From: Raillietiella orientalis
Lineage: Eukaryota
Reading direction: 5' to 3'
DNA: 64,000 nt
Assembly (NCBI GenBank): GCA_036172245.1
Contig: JAYWIR010000006.1
Location: 372,001-436,000, forward strand
This document shows positions 12,370 to 25,306 of this stretch, one piece after another. Below the pieces are notes generated by a model, which had not been told where the DNA came from, ran no database searches, and saw only the letters and a list, made by a program, of their open reading frames with translations. The position numbers and the translations under genes were made by a program. Position 1 is the first letter of the stretch. Each line of letters begins with the position of its first letter.

Positions 12370-13150
12370 AAGGCAGGACCAGAGGAAGGCCATCCTCAGC
12401 CTAGGGAAACGTTCGGCAAGCACAAAAGAACCAGAAACCCTCTGAAGAACACGGGTTTCCATCTCAGTATCAGTGAACTCATCTCCCAGATAATTTATTG
12501 GGGAGCTCGGATGCTGGTATAGCGTAGGTATCTGGATGGGAAAGAGAGAAAATTTCCTCGAAAAAGCGCGTGCGCTGTGTGCTGCAGCGGTTACCGAGTT
12601 CGAGGACCGATGAGACCGAGACCAATAATAAAGAGGTAAAAGTCTCGGAAACCGTGGGCCCACTAGAAAACAACTCTTACCAAGAAGTGGTAGTAGTGCT
12701 GAAGATCCTACTGCCGCTTTCTTCCTGGTTAGAGTTCATCCCAGTGCGAATCGACCGCAGTCGGAGCTGGAGACCCGACTGCAATCGATTTTTATTTTCT
12801 TCGTCCATTCTGGTCCAAACAAGGAAATCCATGGATGAAATGCTGCGGGATGTTGGAAAAAAAAATGCGTTCAGAAGAGAAGACCCTCCGCGGGACATAG
12901 GTTTCCAGACCTACTATCTCCCGCACCACTACAGTCCCTTCTTGTGGAGCATCCATTGCGAGGGAAGCCTACTGCAATTTTCGAACGCCCCATCCCGCTC
13001 TGCGTGTATTACACCTCCATTCTACCTAATGGGGCTTTATCTTGGTTCCATCGATAACTCTCTCTCTGGAGGCAGTTTTTCAATGAGAATGCCGCCGTGG
13101 CCGAAGCTGAGAGGAGGAGGGGAGTATCGGCTCAAAAGTGGCAGGGGCAT
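12370..13150 (-). pseudogene. PB2-like EVE, N2 to mid region
   Basis: VVVREIVGL; FPTS..EENKNRLQ with the same spacing as flu FPNE..KEKKEELQ; LQRVSGSFV (flu FKRTSGSSV). Confidence 0.6.
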
Positions 13151-13199
13151 GTCGAATTACCTAAGCACGATGCCCAGTCCCGCTCCCAGAGCTGCCTCC

Positions 13200-13720
13200 A
13201 TCTTCCTGTTTGATGAATTTAAAAAAATGAAGCTACTTGTTAATGCCCTCTTGAAAATTGGGCGGGATCTCACTGTGGCGAAATCCTTTACTGCAGAACG
13301 CTTCATCGATAATGCAGATGAGTGGACATTCATCGAAACTACTCCATGTTGAGGTCATCAAAGAATCTTTAGCTGCTTTCTTCTCCCAAAGTCTGGTCAC
13401 TTTGGGAAGCAGCATTTCTTCTTTTGAAAGGAGGCAGCACTGTATGCAAAAAAAAAAAGAAGGAACAGGACATGAAGTCAACACGAACGACCCTTTCACA
13501 TGGAATTTTTTCTCTTAAGGAATAGAAACGGTGTGATGGAAGTGACCAATTTCGAAGAGTTGTCATGAAGACGGTTGTCATCAGCGAAGAATTCAAGAGT
13601 TTTATTGGGTACTCAGAACATTGAAAACATCGAATGGAAAGCACACTCAACGTGTAGAGAAGAATATCAAGGAGAGATAATACGCCTGCTCCTCCAGTGG
13701 CTCACTAAGAACATGCCCTA
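13200..13720 (+). pseudogene. PB2-like EVE, mid region
   Basis: KRCDGSDQFR..FIGYSEH (flu KRTSGSSVKR..HEGYEEF); IGRDLTVAKSF. Confidence 0.55.
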
Positions 13721-14250
13721 AGTAGCTCGAAACTCAGGTTGAATAAACCAGTGACCTGACCACGGTTGAATCACCGGAATAGAATAATCGGTATCAACAA
13801 ACATGAATAACTGAAACACTGGACAAAATATCAACGATATCTTCATTTCCCAGAATAAATGAGTATTTGTGTTTTGGCACAGTTGATTCCTAACAAGTGC
13901 TGTGTTGAGAACACTTGAAAACATGGAATTTTCAAAGAACAGATTTTCAGGATTTCAGCATTTCTCTATTCATTCTTTCAAGTACTTTATAACGTAGCTC
14001 GAGAATCCGCTTTCCTGCAAAGGCTTATATAACAGCATAAGAGAAAGATTAATCATATCCGTAAGAACAGATCTTCCGGTTTGCAAAAAAAAGTCCACAT
14101 AGGCAAATTAACCTGTCTTTGCAATATCCTACAAACCACAATGCAACGGAAAATCCCGAAAACCCCATCTTCGAAAAAGGGAGTCAGCCTCCCACAAACC
14201 TGCCATCTACGAGGTTCCACGAGTTTGCTAAGGTTACCGAAACGAATGCA
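13720..14250 (-). pseudogene. PB2-like EVE, cap-binding to 627 region
   Basis: IFRCIVVCRIL, LFWEMK, VIQPW in PB2 order. Confidence 0.5.
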
Positions 14251-14476
14251 ATCTAATGAATAATGATCAACGTAGTGACGGTGCTTGTTTACTTGCAATG
14301 ACCTGACCTGTCTGTTTATTAGTGAAAGATTGATAACAGGTTGATAACATGATCAGGTTGCGATGTAAACAGGCAGAGTACATCTTTCACTAATAATGTT
14401 CCCTAAAAATCGCGATTTTCATGCTCAGAGAGGTTCATACCTACGTTATTCAATCTCAGTGTTCCCACTAATGTTG

Positions 14477-14760
14477 TTAACAATTCGCAGCTAACTGTAC
14501 GCGACTAATCTCCATCATCTTCAGCTTCCAGATTGCACACTTCATGAGCGTTCCGTTTTGCGCAATGGTTTGTTGCTGGTCCATCAGCGATTGAGGGTGT
14601 GGAGATTTTATTGCGGTCCCAAGAACTCTAGGAACCGAAACTCCCTGAAGTATGAATCCGTCCAACAGACACGGAACTGCTACGAGATGAGTCACTCCTG
14701 AAGCCGGCAATCAGGGAATCACTGGAACTTGGATTCGTTCGTTGGAGCATCGGTCCTGAT
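14477..14760 (-). pseudogene. PB2-like EVE, NLS domain
   Basis: LLDGFILQGVSVPRVLGTAI vs flu VLRGFLILGKEDRRYGPAL. Confidence 0.65.
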
Positions 14761-14781
14761 GTCACTTCACAATTCTATTTC

Positions 14782-15150
14782 ATGCATTATTCAAACGTAG
14801 CGCATCACATCCGCGATTCGGATCTCGATCCAGAAGGAAGATGTAGAAACAAGCTTGAAAAATCATCAGCTGCGGTCATCATTATTAATCAGAAAATTAG
14901 TAGCAGGGCGAAACGGACTGCCAGGTTGAATAATTATTGCATTTCCTGGGCCCGTCGAGGAAATGGAGCCATTATCATCAAAGAGACAATTCGGTCTTTC
15001 AGAGTTATTAGAAAATCTCTAGAAAAATCGAGCTGTTAGATCAGTGCAAGAAGTCATGTTGCTGATCAACGAATTAGAACTTAGACAATGATTGGCTATA
15101 TGTATTGCTAGCTACTCTACCTCACCATCTGGGATATACATGAGAAAGGA
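14782..15150 (+). pseudogene. PB2-like EVE, extreme N-terminus
   Basis: RCRNKLEKSSAAVIIINQKISSR vs flu [24 protein letters not shown]. Confidence 0.55.
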
Positions 15151-15193
15151 TGTCTTTTTCTCAGCGTGCGCTGCATTTTATAAAATATGTGAG

Positions 15194-15327
15194 TAACTCA
15201 GCGACTCGGCACGGTTTGTCAAATATTCGGGAGATGTGTAAGCCATAAACGTTGGTACGAATGTAAAGAAATCAGGATTGTTCTTTACATTCGTACCAGG
15301 GTTTTTGGCCGAAGGAACGCTGAGTTA
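15194..15327. mobile_element. MITE-like element with an internal perfect hairpin
   Basis: Ends TAACTCAGCG / CGCTGAGTTA (TA at both ends); 18-bp perfect stem 15253-15270 / 15281-15298. Confidence 0.5.
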
Positions 15328-15478
15328 AAGAATTGTCCTCCCAACATGGAAGTTTGGAATTCGTAGTCCGTTTCTATTCCAACATGGAAATTCCGATTAT
15401 TTTCCATCACTCATTCCACGGTGCTTACCATAGCTTCCGATCGAAACGAGGTGTTCAAAGAAACCTGACAGCAGAATT

Positions 15479-15929
15479 GATTAGGTCAAGCTGAAGGAGG
15501 CGACAGGCTTGCAGAGGATGGACAAGATGGAGATCCTGGCAGGGATGTTTGAAGGGAACGGCAACATTGCTCGATACAATCCATTGGTATGCATCACCAT
15601 CACCCTCTTTATCACAAGCATCGTGGTGAGAAGAGAAAAAATGCGGAGCGGAATAAACAGTGTGCCAGCAGTGGAAATCCTGAAAGGATTAGTGAAAAGG
15701 GAAATTGAGATCAGGAATTGTGGATGGACTCCCACTTGGACGTACTGTTACATCCTGCAAAGGATTCAGGAACCTTGTCAAGTGAGTGAAATCCTCACGC
15801 AGACTCAGTGACTCGATGACCGAAGAGTAACCCTCAAAGTGAAAACTGAAAACCAGTGACTTTACAGAACACTTGCATGATGAATGAATGTTGCAAATAA
15901 GCTCATCCCACCGCAAGTCGAACTGGGGA
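15479..15929 (+). pseudogene. PB2-like EVE, mid region, flanked by an 18-bp direct repeat
   Basis: Ungapped protein match to ~30960-31260 (ILAGMF..RYNP..ITS..RR); AVEILKG (flu AVDICKA). Confidence 0.6.
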
Positions 15930-16169
15930 AAACCTGATAGCAGAATTACTTCTCTCCATACTTATTTTCCTCAAGTTTCGACTTCTTTGAAAAGGTGTTG
16001 CAATGCTACTACCTATGCCTTGCAAACGAATGCAGTCCCATGACGCACTTTCTTATTATGGACTCGAAAAACAGGGAACCTATACGCAAATCCACCGAGT
16101 GAAAGTGTTTGCATTGCATTGGATCTATGTGTTCTAATACGTATAAAACACAAAAGTGCCATGAAATGA

Positions 16170-16660
16170 AGTGGATTGCATAGGAGTTACCCCTGGACTC
16201 AAATTATCGAAGGGGAGCACATCTGAACTCTTTTGTGCATCCAGACTGCTTTCGTTTTCCTTTATTTATGATGGCTGTTCGTGTCATTTATATAAATTTC
16301 AGGATGCAACGCGCAGGAAGTATCTGGGTAAATCTTCCAGAAATGCTTCACTGTTGAAAACAGCACACATCTTGAGAAGAATTCTGGAATGTGTGTTTCT
16401 TTTTCTTTTTAGCGTTTTATTAAATCCAAGAGGAAAAGTACAAACGGTTCTATTTTATTTCAATGAGAAGCCATATACACGTGCTATTTCCAGTCGCAGC
16501 AGGAAAGCAGAGGAATCCATTCTGAAAGATCGGATTTCAAGGACTCTTGCCTCTGCAGCTTTTATGCACTACAGCTTGATACGCATCTTGAAATCACTTC
16601 TTAGTTTTTATTCGTGGTCATCGGTTGTCACAATAAAGTCAACAGTTAAAAGTTTGTGAT
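16170..16660 (-). pseudogene. PB2-like EVE, cap-binding domain
   Basis: IKAAEARVLEIRSFRMDSSAFLLRLEIARVY aligns without gaps to flu [31 protein letters not shown]. Confidence 0.7.
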
Positions 16661-16829
16661 CCTTTCAATTTATTCTTGTTCTTACATTTTGCTCATTTAC
16701 TTCATTCATTTTTTCATCATACATTAGTACTTCATCTACTCATGTACATCACAAATGATGCCAATATCATGTAGAATATTGATAAATTGAATTGTCAAAG
16801 TGCTATTTGAACATCTTTTCATAAGAATG

Positions 16830-17620
16830 AGCACACTTTCCCTTTCAGCGTCATGCACTACTTAATGCTAACGAAGACTTACACCATTGAACCTTTTCTG
16901 ATGGTTTCTTCCTATACATGAGTGCAACGACTCAATACTTTAGGGCATTTAAAAGATGAAAAACCTACGAAAAAGCACAAGTTTCTTTTACGTGTCTGTT
17001 TCAATTGTGATCTAAATATTAAAGAAAGTTGCGGTTGCATCAAACTCCATTGCTTCCTATTCCAAAAATTGCACGAAATTTCTCATTAAATGGCCTAAAA
17101 CTTGTACTATTAAGTCGTCTATTCGGAAGTTTATTCATACTTATCCGAGCTTCATGCCTTCAGAGGTTCATGTTAATGTAAAATATCTAAACTCAGTTCC
17201 TTGAAAGAATTTTCAGTTTTAATTATTAGAAAAGAATGATAGAATTATGATTATTCCATTTATTATCAGTAAAGCATTCTTTGCTTAATGCATGTTCATC
17301 CTCTTTGTAATTCAAGCCAGGAATCGCAAGTGACAGAGCTTTTCACTTTGAACTATGTAAATTCATTTTCCTTCTTCGAAGTAGCTGAATTCAGACACCG
17401 AGATGCGGAAACTAAAATTGATGAAATCAGCTTTCTGCAGATAAGAATTATCTTTAATGTAGCTTCCTGCTAGCTGGCTCAGATCGTATTCATATTGAAG
17501 TTTGGATTCCTGAATTACAGTGTTCTCACAGTGCTGTTATTGAGGGATCAGTTTTTACTTCAAGCAGTTTTACTTCAGTACAGCGGAATTAGCTATACGG
17601 AGATGATGGAACACAGAGAG
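16830..17620 (+). pseudogene. PB2-like EVE, heavily degraded
   Basis: TIEPFLMV, GSLFILIR, NSFSF, LLQYSG in order; weak. Confidence 0.4.
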
Positions 17621-19072
17621 CAAAGAGGTTTTCTCAATAGAAGAAGAAAAAAAAAACAAAGCAAAAAAAACATTCTGCCGATTCGGCAAGAATAGTTTAA
17701 TAAATAATATGTTTACTTATGGTGCATGTGTCAATCAAATAATAGTAATAATCAAATAATGTAGAATAACAATCGCGGCATCAGCAAAATTGTATCTACA
17801 AAATTGATAAAAGTTTTCTGTTTAAAAAAACTTATCTACACACTTCAGAGTCTTTATTATCAAAGATAAATTATCAGAAGCTTATTTTCAAACTTATCTT
17901 ATAAGAGTTCTTTGAACACTGTTGAAAATAATATACTGATTCAGGAAGAAATGAAAGTCTCAACGAATCATTGAAGTAATCACATGAATAAGACATAATA
18001 TATGCATATTATCAAGTTATGGTTAAATCAAGAATTTATTCCGTCAAAGCAAAGTCTTGAACAGAGTTTGCCTTAATTTTTTTAAAAAAGAAATTCTGTT
18101 CATGAATGATTTGAGACTCCATCAAGATGCATTCGTGAGTAGGAATTTGGGGGGCTGGCTACCCTTACTATTACGGAATCGTACGTGATTAGGCTTGATT
18201 TCCGAAATTCCGATGATAAATTACATAATAAAGAATACATGACTTCCTGCAAGATTCGGATCGCTTCAAATCATTCTTAGTCCTCGATCATTTGTTATTC
18301 TGTGAGAAATATGGACTCGAGTTCTATAGCATTTTTGCTACCGAATTGTAGAGTAATTACAATTTTCGGCTCAATTTAGTGCTTCGATAATATCCTCCTA
18401 TGTTGAAGATTTACAGAGGCAATCCACTTAAGTAGTGAAGAATTATCGAATTTCTTGGAATGAGTTCGGCTCTCGTAAATTCAATTGCATGCTAATGCAT
18501 AACTATTTTGCTTTGCCCTATTTCTATGCCAAATAATTTGCAACTTCAGACAATGCTGCATTGCTATTGAAGACTGAAAACCACTGTGTGTGGTTTCTTA
18601 ATTTTGTTTTTCAGTATTCCGTGGAAAAGAACGTGGAATTTCGTGAAACTGCCATTTGATACAGTTCTGTATCAGCCACTTGTTAGGAACAGCATCAGCG
18701 GTTTGCTAAAAGCTAATTCAATTCAGATTTGAGCATACATTTAAATTGTGATGGGGATAACAATTTTGTGAATTCTGTGAATTGTGGTTTGTGAATTCTG
18801 TGAATTTGTAAATTTTTCCGATCGATAACTTGGAAGTACGAAAACTACGTGTGTTGAATGAGACACCATATTTGCGCACGTTTCCTTCGTACGTGCTCTT
18901 AGAAGCACGTGAACTTCATAAGGCAGTAGTGAAGTGTTTCCAACTTTGTTATTCAGAACGTAAGTCCTGTAACCGATTTCATGATTTAAAGATTTCGTTG
19001 TTTCGAAGTAAAAAAAATTCTTTGATGTGCAATAAACGCTGTGATGTATGATATCCAGTGACTACTGTGAGT

Positions 19073-20828
19073 ATGGACGTGGAAAGATATGACAGACTTC
19101 AGTGGAAAGGTTTGTTTTGTTTTGTTTGGACTTCATTTTGTGTTATGTGAAATGTTGGCCATGTTTTGTTTTATGCCGTAAATGTGTGTTTCTGTTTCTT
19201 TTGGTCAGCGAAACTGATTAATGGAGAATGAATGTACTTTGCTTTCGTTTGTCGAGATTATTTGCACAAAAGTTGTTTTGATTAATTACATAAAATTGAT
19301 GATTTCATATCTTGAGCCTAATCAGTGATGCATTACATAAGCTTCCCATGATCACATCGGATGCATTTGTTTGTCTTTTATTGTAGAATGAAAGCAGTTA
19401 CATTGAAATGAAAACTGGAATTATTTCTTCATGTTTTAAAATTCGCTTCTCATTTTTCGTGCTCAGTTAATCTCAGCGATAATGTTGTTGATAATATTGT
19501 AGATGTTCTTCGGTGTTGGGTATTAATGTTGAAACTTGATACTTAAGAAAATGATCAAATCTTATTGATCAATTTATATGAATATTTTTGTTTAATGCTA
19601 CTGTATGCTTTCCATTGGTAGAGGTTAATCATTATTAGCATGCATGCATACACGATTGTATTAATAAAATGAAGATACAAAAGCAAACCAGGCCAACTTT
19701 CGCTAAACTGATGTAAGATTTGTTGTTTGAAAGCATGAAACAATGTTGATTTCTCTTGAGAGTGCATCAGTGTTTTTATAGAAGCTCATGCATTGCTAAG
19801 GACATGGAGAGATAATAATGCCAGGAAGAGTAAAGAAGTCTTGGAAATATGGACCAAAGTGCTTGAACAAAATTGGTCAAAATTAGGAGCAGACAGTTGG
19901 TATGCTGTCATTCCTTACCCCAAATGCTTCAGTGATTTTCAGAATGGAATGTATTGGAACAAGTGTGTCTAGCTGCTCTGGACTGTAGCTGTATGGATAC
20001 AGTGGACTGGTGCATTAGACAGTTGCAGGCTCAGTTTCCCCGAAGTATCTGTGTGATTCGTCTTCGAGCCATGAAACAGGAGGCTCTGCATCAGTAAGTC
20101 AAGAGGGCAAAATGCCACTAGTGAGTTAGGTATGCTGAAGCAGCAGAGATCTACCAATTTGTGCTGGACCGGGATAATACTGATGCACTTACATGGAAAC
20201 GGAAAATAGCCCTTAGAAAAGCTCAGCATAAGAATCTTGATGCCATTAGGGAATTAGTTGATTACTTGAAGAGGTTGGAAAGCACAAAAATTCAGAATCA
20301 TCACTGTGGGCATTTGATTAGGTTCCAGGTGGATCAGGAAGCCTGGATGGAATTGGCTGATTTGTATATTCAAGAACAGGAATATAAAAAGGCAGCCTTT
20401 TGTCTTGAAGAACTTATTTTGCTTGCTCCTCACAATCACTTGTACCACCAAAGGTATGCTGAATTGCGCTACACACAAGGTGGTCCAGATTGTATGGATC
20501 TGGCAAGAGCTTACTTTGCGATGGCTGTTCGACTAAATCCAAAAAACTTAAGAGCCCTATTTGGTTTGTTGTTGGTGAGCTGATACTTGAGTTGATTGTC
20601 TTGATTTTTATTTATGTTCACTTAGAGCTTAGTTGCAACTGGAAAAAGTACCACATCTAAGAAAAAGGATATGCAGAAGTTAGTGAACTGGACCCAAAAA
20701 CTGATCATTCAGAGGCAAGTTGATGGGAAACATTGCTCACCTTAACTTTATTCAGATATGTGCAATTTGCCCCTAAACATAAAGAAGCTGTGCAAGCTGT
20801 GTTGAGTGATGTCATATCTGCATACTAA
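19073..20828 (+). CDS. EMC2: ER membrane complex subunit 2 (TTC35). Exons 19073-19109, 19782-19895, 19943-20093, 20130-20273, 20322-20574, 20626-20714, 20756-20828
   Basis: Spliced translation has EMC2 motifs EQVCLAALD, KRKIALRKAQ, DQEAWMELADLY, KAAFCLEEL, PHNHLYHQRYAE, RALFGL. Intron phases are consistent; the last intron is GC-AG; AATAAA sits at the stop. Confidence 0.95.
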
Positions 20829-20929
20829 ATAAAAAGGAATGATTAAAACACTTTGTATTGTTTTTTTCTCTCTTTCGAGATTTGACTATTTTGTTGTTAT
20901 GTGGTAATTTCATCAAAGTTAGAAATGAA

Positions 20930-22791
20930 TGCCTTAATATTTTGCAGACCATCTTTTACAAACTAAGCTTGTTCATGGATGCAACACTGTAGGCACACTC
21001 CTCTGGTGTGCCAACAGTGTTCTCAGCTTTGAAGTTGATTGCCAACCAAGCTAGGTCTCTTCCTACTGATTCATTAAACACTATTTTATTTTCAATTACA
21101 GCTTGATTTCATCAGTTTGTATACAAAGTGATTAGCTTTTACGTTTCTATTGCATGAATTAGAAATCAGTGTAAGCATAATGTTCTGCTCATCTGGAAAG
21201 CTGGTAATGCTACAAATTGTGCATTGGCAGCATATTCCATCCAAACAAACGTGATCAGTCAGAAAGGGGAAAAGGAGTCAAGAATCACAGTCCGCTACTT
21301 AACGTCAGTATTGCAATGGCTGCAAACGTATGCCCTCAGTTCTTGTTCTTTGTATGCTTGCAGTTTGGTCAGACTCGAGGCCAGGGTGGTATATCTGATT
21401 TGCACCTGTTCATATGCTGGTTCCCAAAGAAGGAAACTAAAGAAGTGCAGAATTTCCTGCACCCATTGCCGGACCATGTTTGACTGCTTTTATAGGAATA
21501 TAGTGTTTGTGCAGATATTCTGTTCTATTAAATAGTTCACCATTTGATGTGGAACATCACGTGATAAGTTGTGCAACGTAAAAATATAGTTTGGTGGGAC
21601 TCATCAGCACCTGCCTGGTGATCTTGCTTGCGTTTCCAAGAGAAATCTCCAGAAAATCAGCATATGCTAGTTTTTTGATAGATGAACGTTGGTTTCCAAG
21701 GTTGTGTTCGTATCGTTGCCATCATGCTCTAATAGCCGGACTCTAGGAGAATCTGGCCTCTTTTCCCCTGGTCACCGTGCCATGTTGAGTTTTAACTGTT
21801 TGTCTTTCATTTTCCTCATTTGGGTTGTTTGGTATTTTGTGCAACTCTTCTGGTCCAATTCAAAATTGAATGAACTCATATATGAGATGCCCTCAGCCAT
21901 TTATTGCGGTCTGAGAAAACGTAGGTTGGAGCGGCGACTGAGCTCTTGAGCAGTTTTTTTACGCGAACGTTTGCTTTTGCAGCAGAAGATGTTTTCTTTG
22001 GAACTCTTATTTTATTTCACCCACCTTAGAATGCCGATAAACGAGATAGAAATCTTGGAAACATCTGTACGCTTAAAACGCGTGTCGATTGAAAGTGCAT
22101 GGTACTATTCTCAACGGCCGTGAAAATCACGACCTCGAAAAAGACATGGAAGTTGTAATGTAACCAGTGAATCAAGAATTCACGTGATCTTCATTGATAT
22201 GCTCACTGAGAGCTCCTCCATCCGAACGATGCTGAACCTCATGGTGAAGAGGATTGAACGATTGGCCATTCTTTCCGCTCCCTTGCAAGAACGACAACTC
22301 GATGATGCATCCCCTCGAAATTCTTTTTGCTGAGTTGCATTTGGTCTAATCAAATGTCATGAATGTATAGTCTTACATTGGGTACTGAAACAGCTGCTTT
22401 TGCAAAAAAGGCTTTCGTCATATTCACTTTCCGATCGAATTCACAATACATCTTAGGTATTAATGCTGAATCAGTTGCCTTGGGTCCCGATCTGCATCAA
22501 GCCAATCTTAAGTCCGGTTTGCATATTGGCAACTGAATGCACTTTCTGTTTCGGAAGTGTTTTGATACGTTGATGCTTCAGTTTCATTCTTAGCTGTCAT
22601 TTCTTAAGTTGCAGACCATAGCTTTCTTCAAGTAGTATCCTTAATGTTATGGTTTTTGAGGGGGCACGAGCCACAACCGACATGGCATCTTCAGTCTCGG
22701 ATTTTTTTAATGAGCATTCTGCGTTTCCACAGTCAGGTTCTCAATTGCAATATAATTTCCTTTGTTAGTTCCCGATGATGTCTTGGTCCAT
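20930..22791 (-). pseudogene. Long PB2-like EVE spanning the N-terminus to near the C-terminus, with deletions
   Basis: PKMYCEFDRKV (flu PKIYKTYFERV), LSKKNFEGMHHRVV, GISYMSSFNF, SFLLWEP, SMNKLS, colinear. Confidence 0.7.
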
Positions 22792-24175
22792 AAGTGGAAT
22801 GAAAGAAGTGGACAAGCAGCGAATACTTTGGAGGCCGACCCCAAATTAGTAAGTGAGAACGATCAACCTACAAAATTCTCGGATCTTTACATAACTCGTT
22901 TGAGGTCAGCAAGGAAGCTGTTTATTTTTAATAAATAGCTTTGTTCCCAACAAGGCTATTAATTTTTCTCTAAATTACAAACAGAGGAGAACTCATCTCA
23001 AAAAAGTGATCATCGGTCCAGAATTTTGTGAGTACAGAATTCATAACCTCTTTGAACCTCATCACCGCAAACTCAGAGGAAACGGTAACTACCAGCAACT
23101 TCAACTGCGTGCATCCTCACTATGCATTTTGGCACATTCTTCCAGCTGAAAGCGATTCCTCGTGCTTTCTCTTGAGCCCTGCAACCCCCTATGAGTCTTA
23201 TTGCACCGCTTACACTCCAGAAAGAAGCAGCAGGAGAAGCCATCACGAAGTTTTTGTCTCATTCCCATGTAAATTTTTCCTGCTGTAAAGGCCTCGTCGA
23301 TGACGTGCCACGTCGGTTCCCCGTGGTCTCGTCATCATGACGTCGCAGCATCATGACGTGTCCGCGGATGTGTTTGCCATCATGAAATCCAAACAGACAC
23401 CAGCATCTGCTGGGCATGCGTCACGTTGGTTCCAATCCATCTTAACGAAAGCTGCTTTGCCTTTTCAGAGTGGATGTCCGGTTCGAAACTGCATTTTCCG
23501 GTTTCGAATCGAACATTGCGCCGAAGCACAGTTTCAAATGAAAGATTATCTCCTATTCGTACAGCTGCAATTCGTACGGTTTGGCTTTGGGATGCCCCCC
23601 CCCCCCCCGGCTTAGACTCTCCTCGAGCATTTTGTGTTCGTCTCTAGGTTTTTGAGAAAAAAGGAAAAACTTGAGCACATCATAAATCAGCATAGAAACT
23701 GGACGACGTTTTTTTTTTTTTTTTTCCGTAGACTTTGAACCATGGAAGAACTAATATCGTATTCCTGCATTAGACTGTTATGGCTACCCTCCTTTTTCCG
23801 ATCCTTTTCCCTTCCCTCGACGCAGTAGAAAGAAGTTCCATTACATTTCGTTTCTTTATTGGGAGTGTCGCTTCCAAACCACAGCAGAGGAGATTTCTGA
23901 TAATTAATCATCATCAGAATGCATTTGCATCAGTGCATTGTGACCATACTGACTGGAATAAGTCTCTTGGAATAAGAGCTGGGTTACCTGTAAAGTAGTA
24001 CGCTGGTCTTTTCCTCTTTAAAAAAAAAAAAAAAAAACTGTGAAAAAATCCTTCTTTCCGACTGCCACCGGACAAACTCATTCTACAAATTCTGCTGAAA
24101 CATGATTTCCTTCTATGAAATGCGTTGATAAGCAAGAATCAGTTTATGAGAATATTAATTTTGGGCACTGAAGGC

Positions 24176-25306
24176 TTATTCCATGTGAAGATGAGTGAGA
24201 GTGGAGGAGGTTGCCTTTACTAATTTCTGATCATAAGATAAGATACAATGTTCCATATAAACCACTAATGCTAAGATAGTGTAAGGTCCGGGAATAAAAG
24301 AAGGAACGAGAAGCAAAATAGCGATATGCTTTGTCCAATTGGTGGCAAAGGTAAGGAAAAGCGGACCAGTCGTGTGAATATTGAGAAGCATAGAATCGGT
24401 GTGGAAAGGGAGATTCTTTGGGTGGTCAGACGAGCCTGAGAGGGAGGTAATCTACATGGTCGGAGGATGGCTAGAACGGTCGTGATTCTTACTATTAACT
24501 GAAACTGCGATCTGATCTTAGGATGGTGCAGGCGAATGAAAATGATCTTTCTGGTTTCATGTGGGAGGAATTTTTCTTCTGACGTGAATACGCGTGAAAG
24601 GAAGGCAAATGGGGAAAGGGGGTTGTGAGAATGCTTGCGAGTTTGTGAGGTTCTCTGTCAGTGGCGGATGGACGGAATGGAAGCATATCTCTGGGCTTCT
24701 CTTGGTGCCTGGGGGGCTGGTGAACGGAGGAGTGCATGCAAAGGAAGTAAAAGTACGATGTGCCAACGACGATTTCCAGCATCGGTAGAATGAAGTGAAG
24801 GACGGAGAATCGAGTGAGTGTAGGGCCGGGGGCAAGTGTATTCCTCGTAGCAATGAAATGTGCCGACCGATGAGGGGAATTGTGGAAAACAGGCTCGTTA
24901 TGACTGTGGCATCTAATATTTGTCCTCAGGGTAGGATATGATCCAGGAAAGATATCGATCAGATCATCAAGTGAGAAGTGGTGATCTTCAGCTTGAGATG
25001 TGCATTCACGAGAAGGAGTATGGTGTGAGGAAGATGTCAGGATAGGTCGCTAGAAAAAGTAGGAAGACCGTGTTGGGGTGAATGCAGCGTAGCAGTTAGC
25101 CTTTCTTTGCGTTGTATAGTAGTTTAGTAATAGATAAGAAAGCATTTTGGTGAAAGGGCTGTAGTGTGTCGAAATAATAATTCCTATGACTACTTGGACT
25201 ATTGAGAGGATTTCTATTCCTAGCGACCCTAGGTTTCAGAAGCACGAGTGGCTTGAGGGTATTGGTATGTTATTCTGCCGATAATTTTTTTGATAAGGTT
25301 TGTCAT
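24176..25306 (-). pseudogene. cytb: NUMT: cytochrome b pseudogene with a ~285-bp insertion at ~24496-24779
   Basis: With the invertebrate mitochondrial code: PMPSSHSCFWNLGSL, HILPWGQM, TLTRFSVLHFILPM, LPFH; frameshifts and stops. Confidence 0.9.

Noticed and set aside
12570..13352. 260-aa ORF as a real gene
   Set aside because: Mostly antisense to one PB2-like piece and running into another; no coherent homology
18000..18700. Further PB2-like pieces upstream of EMC2
   Set aside because: Only one faint motif (LITYDS); not supportable by eye
21217..21535. Cys-rich RING-like plus-strand ORFs
   Set aside because: Cys spacing does not fit; the opposite strand fits the PB2-like relic better
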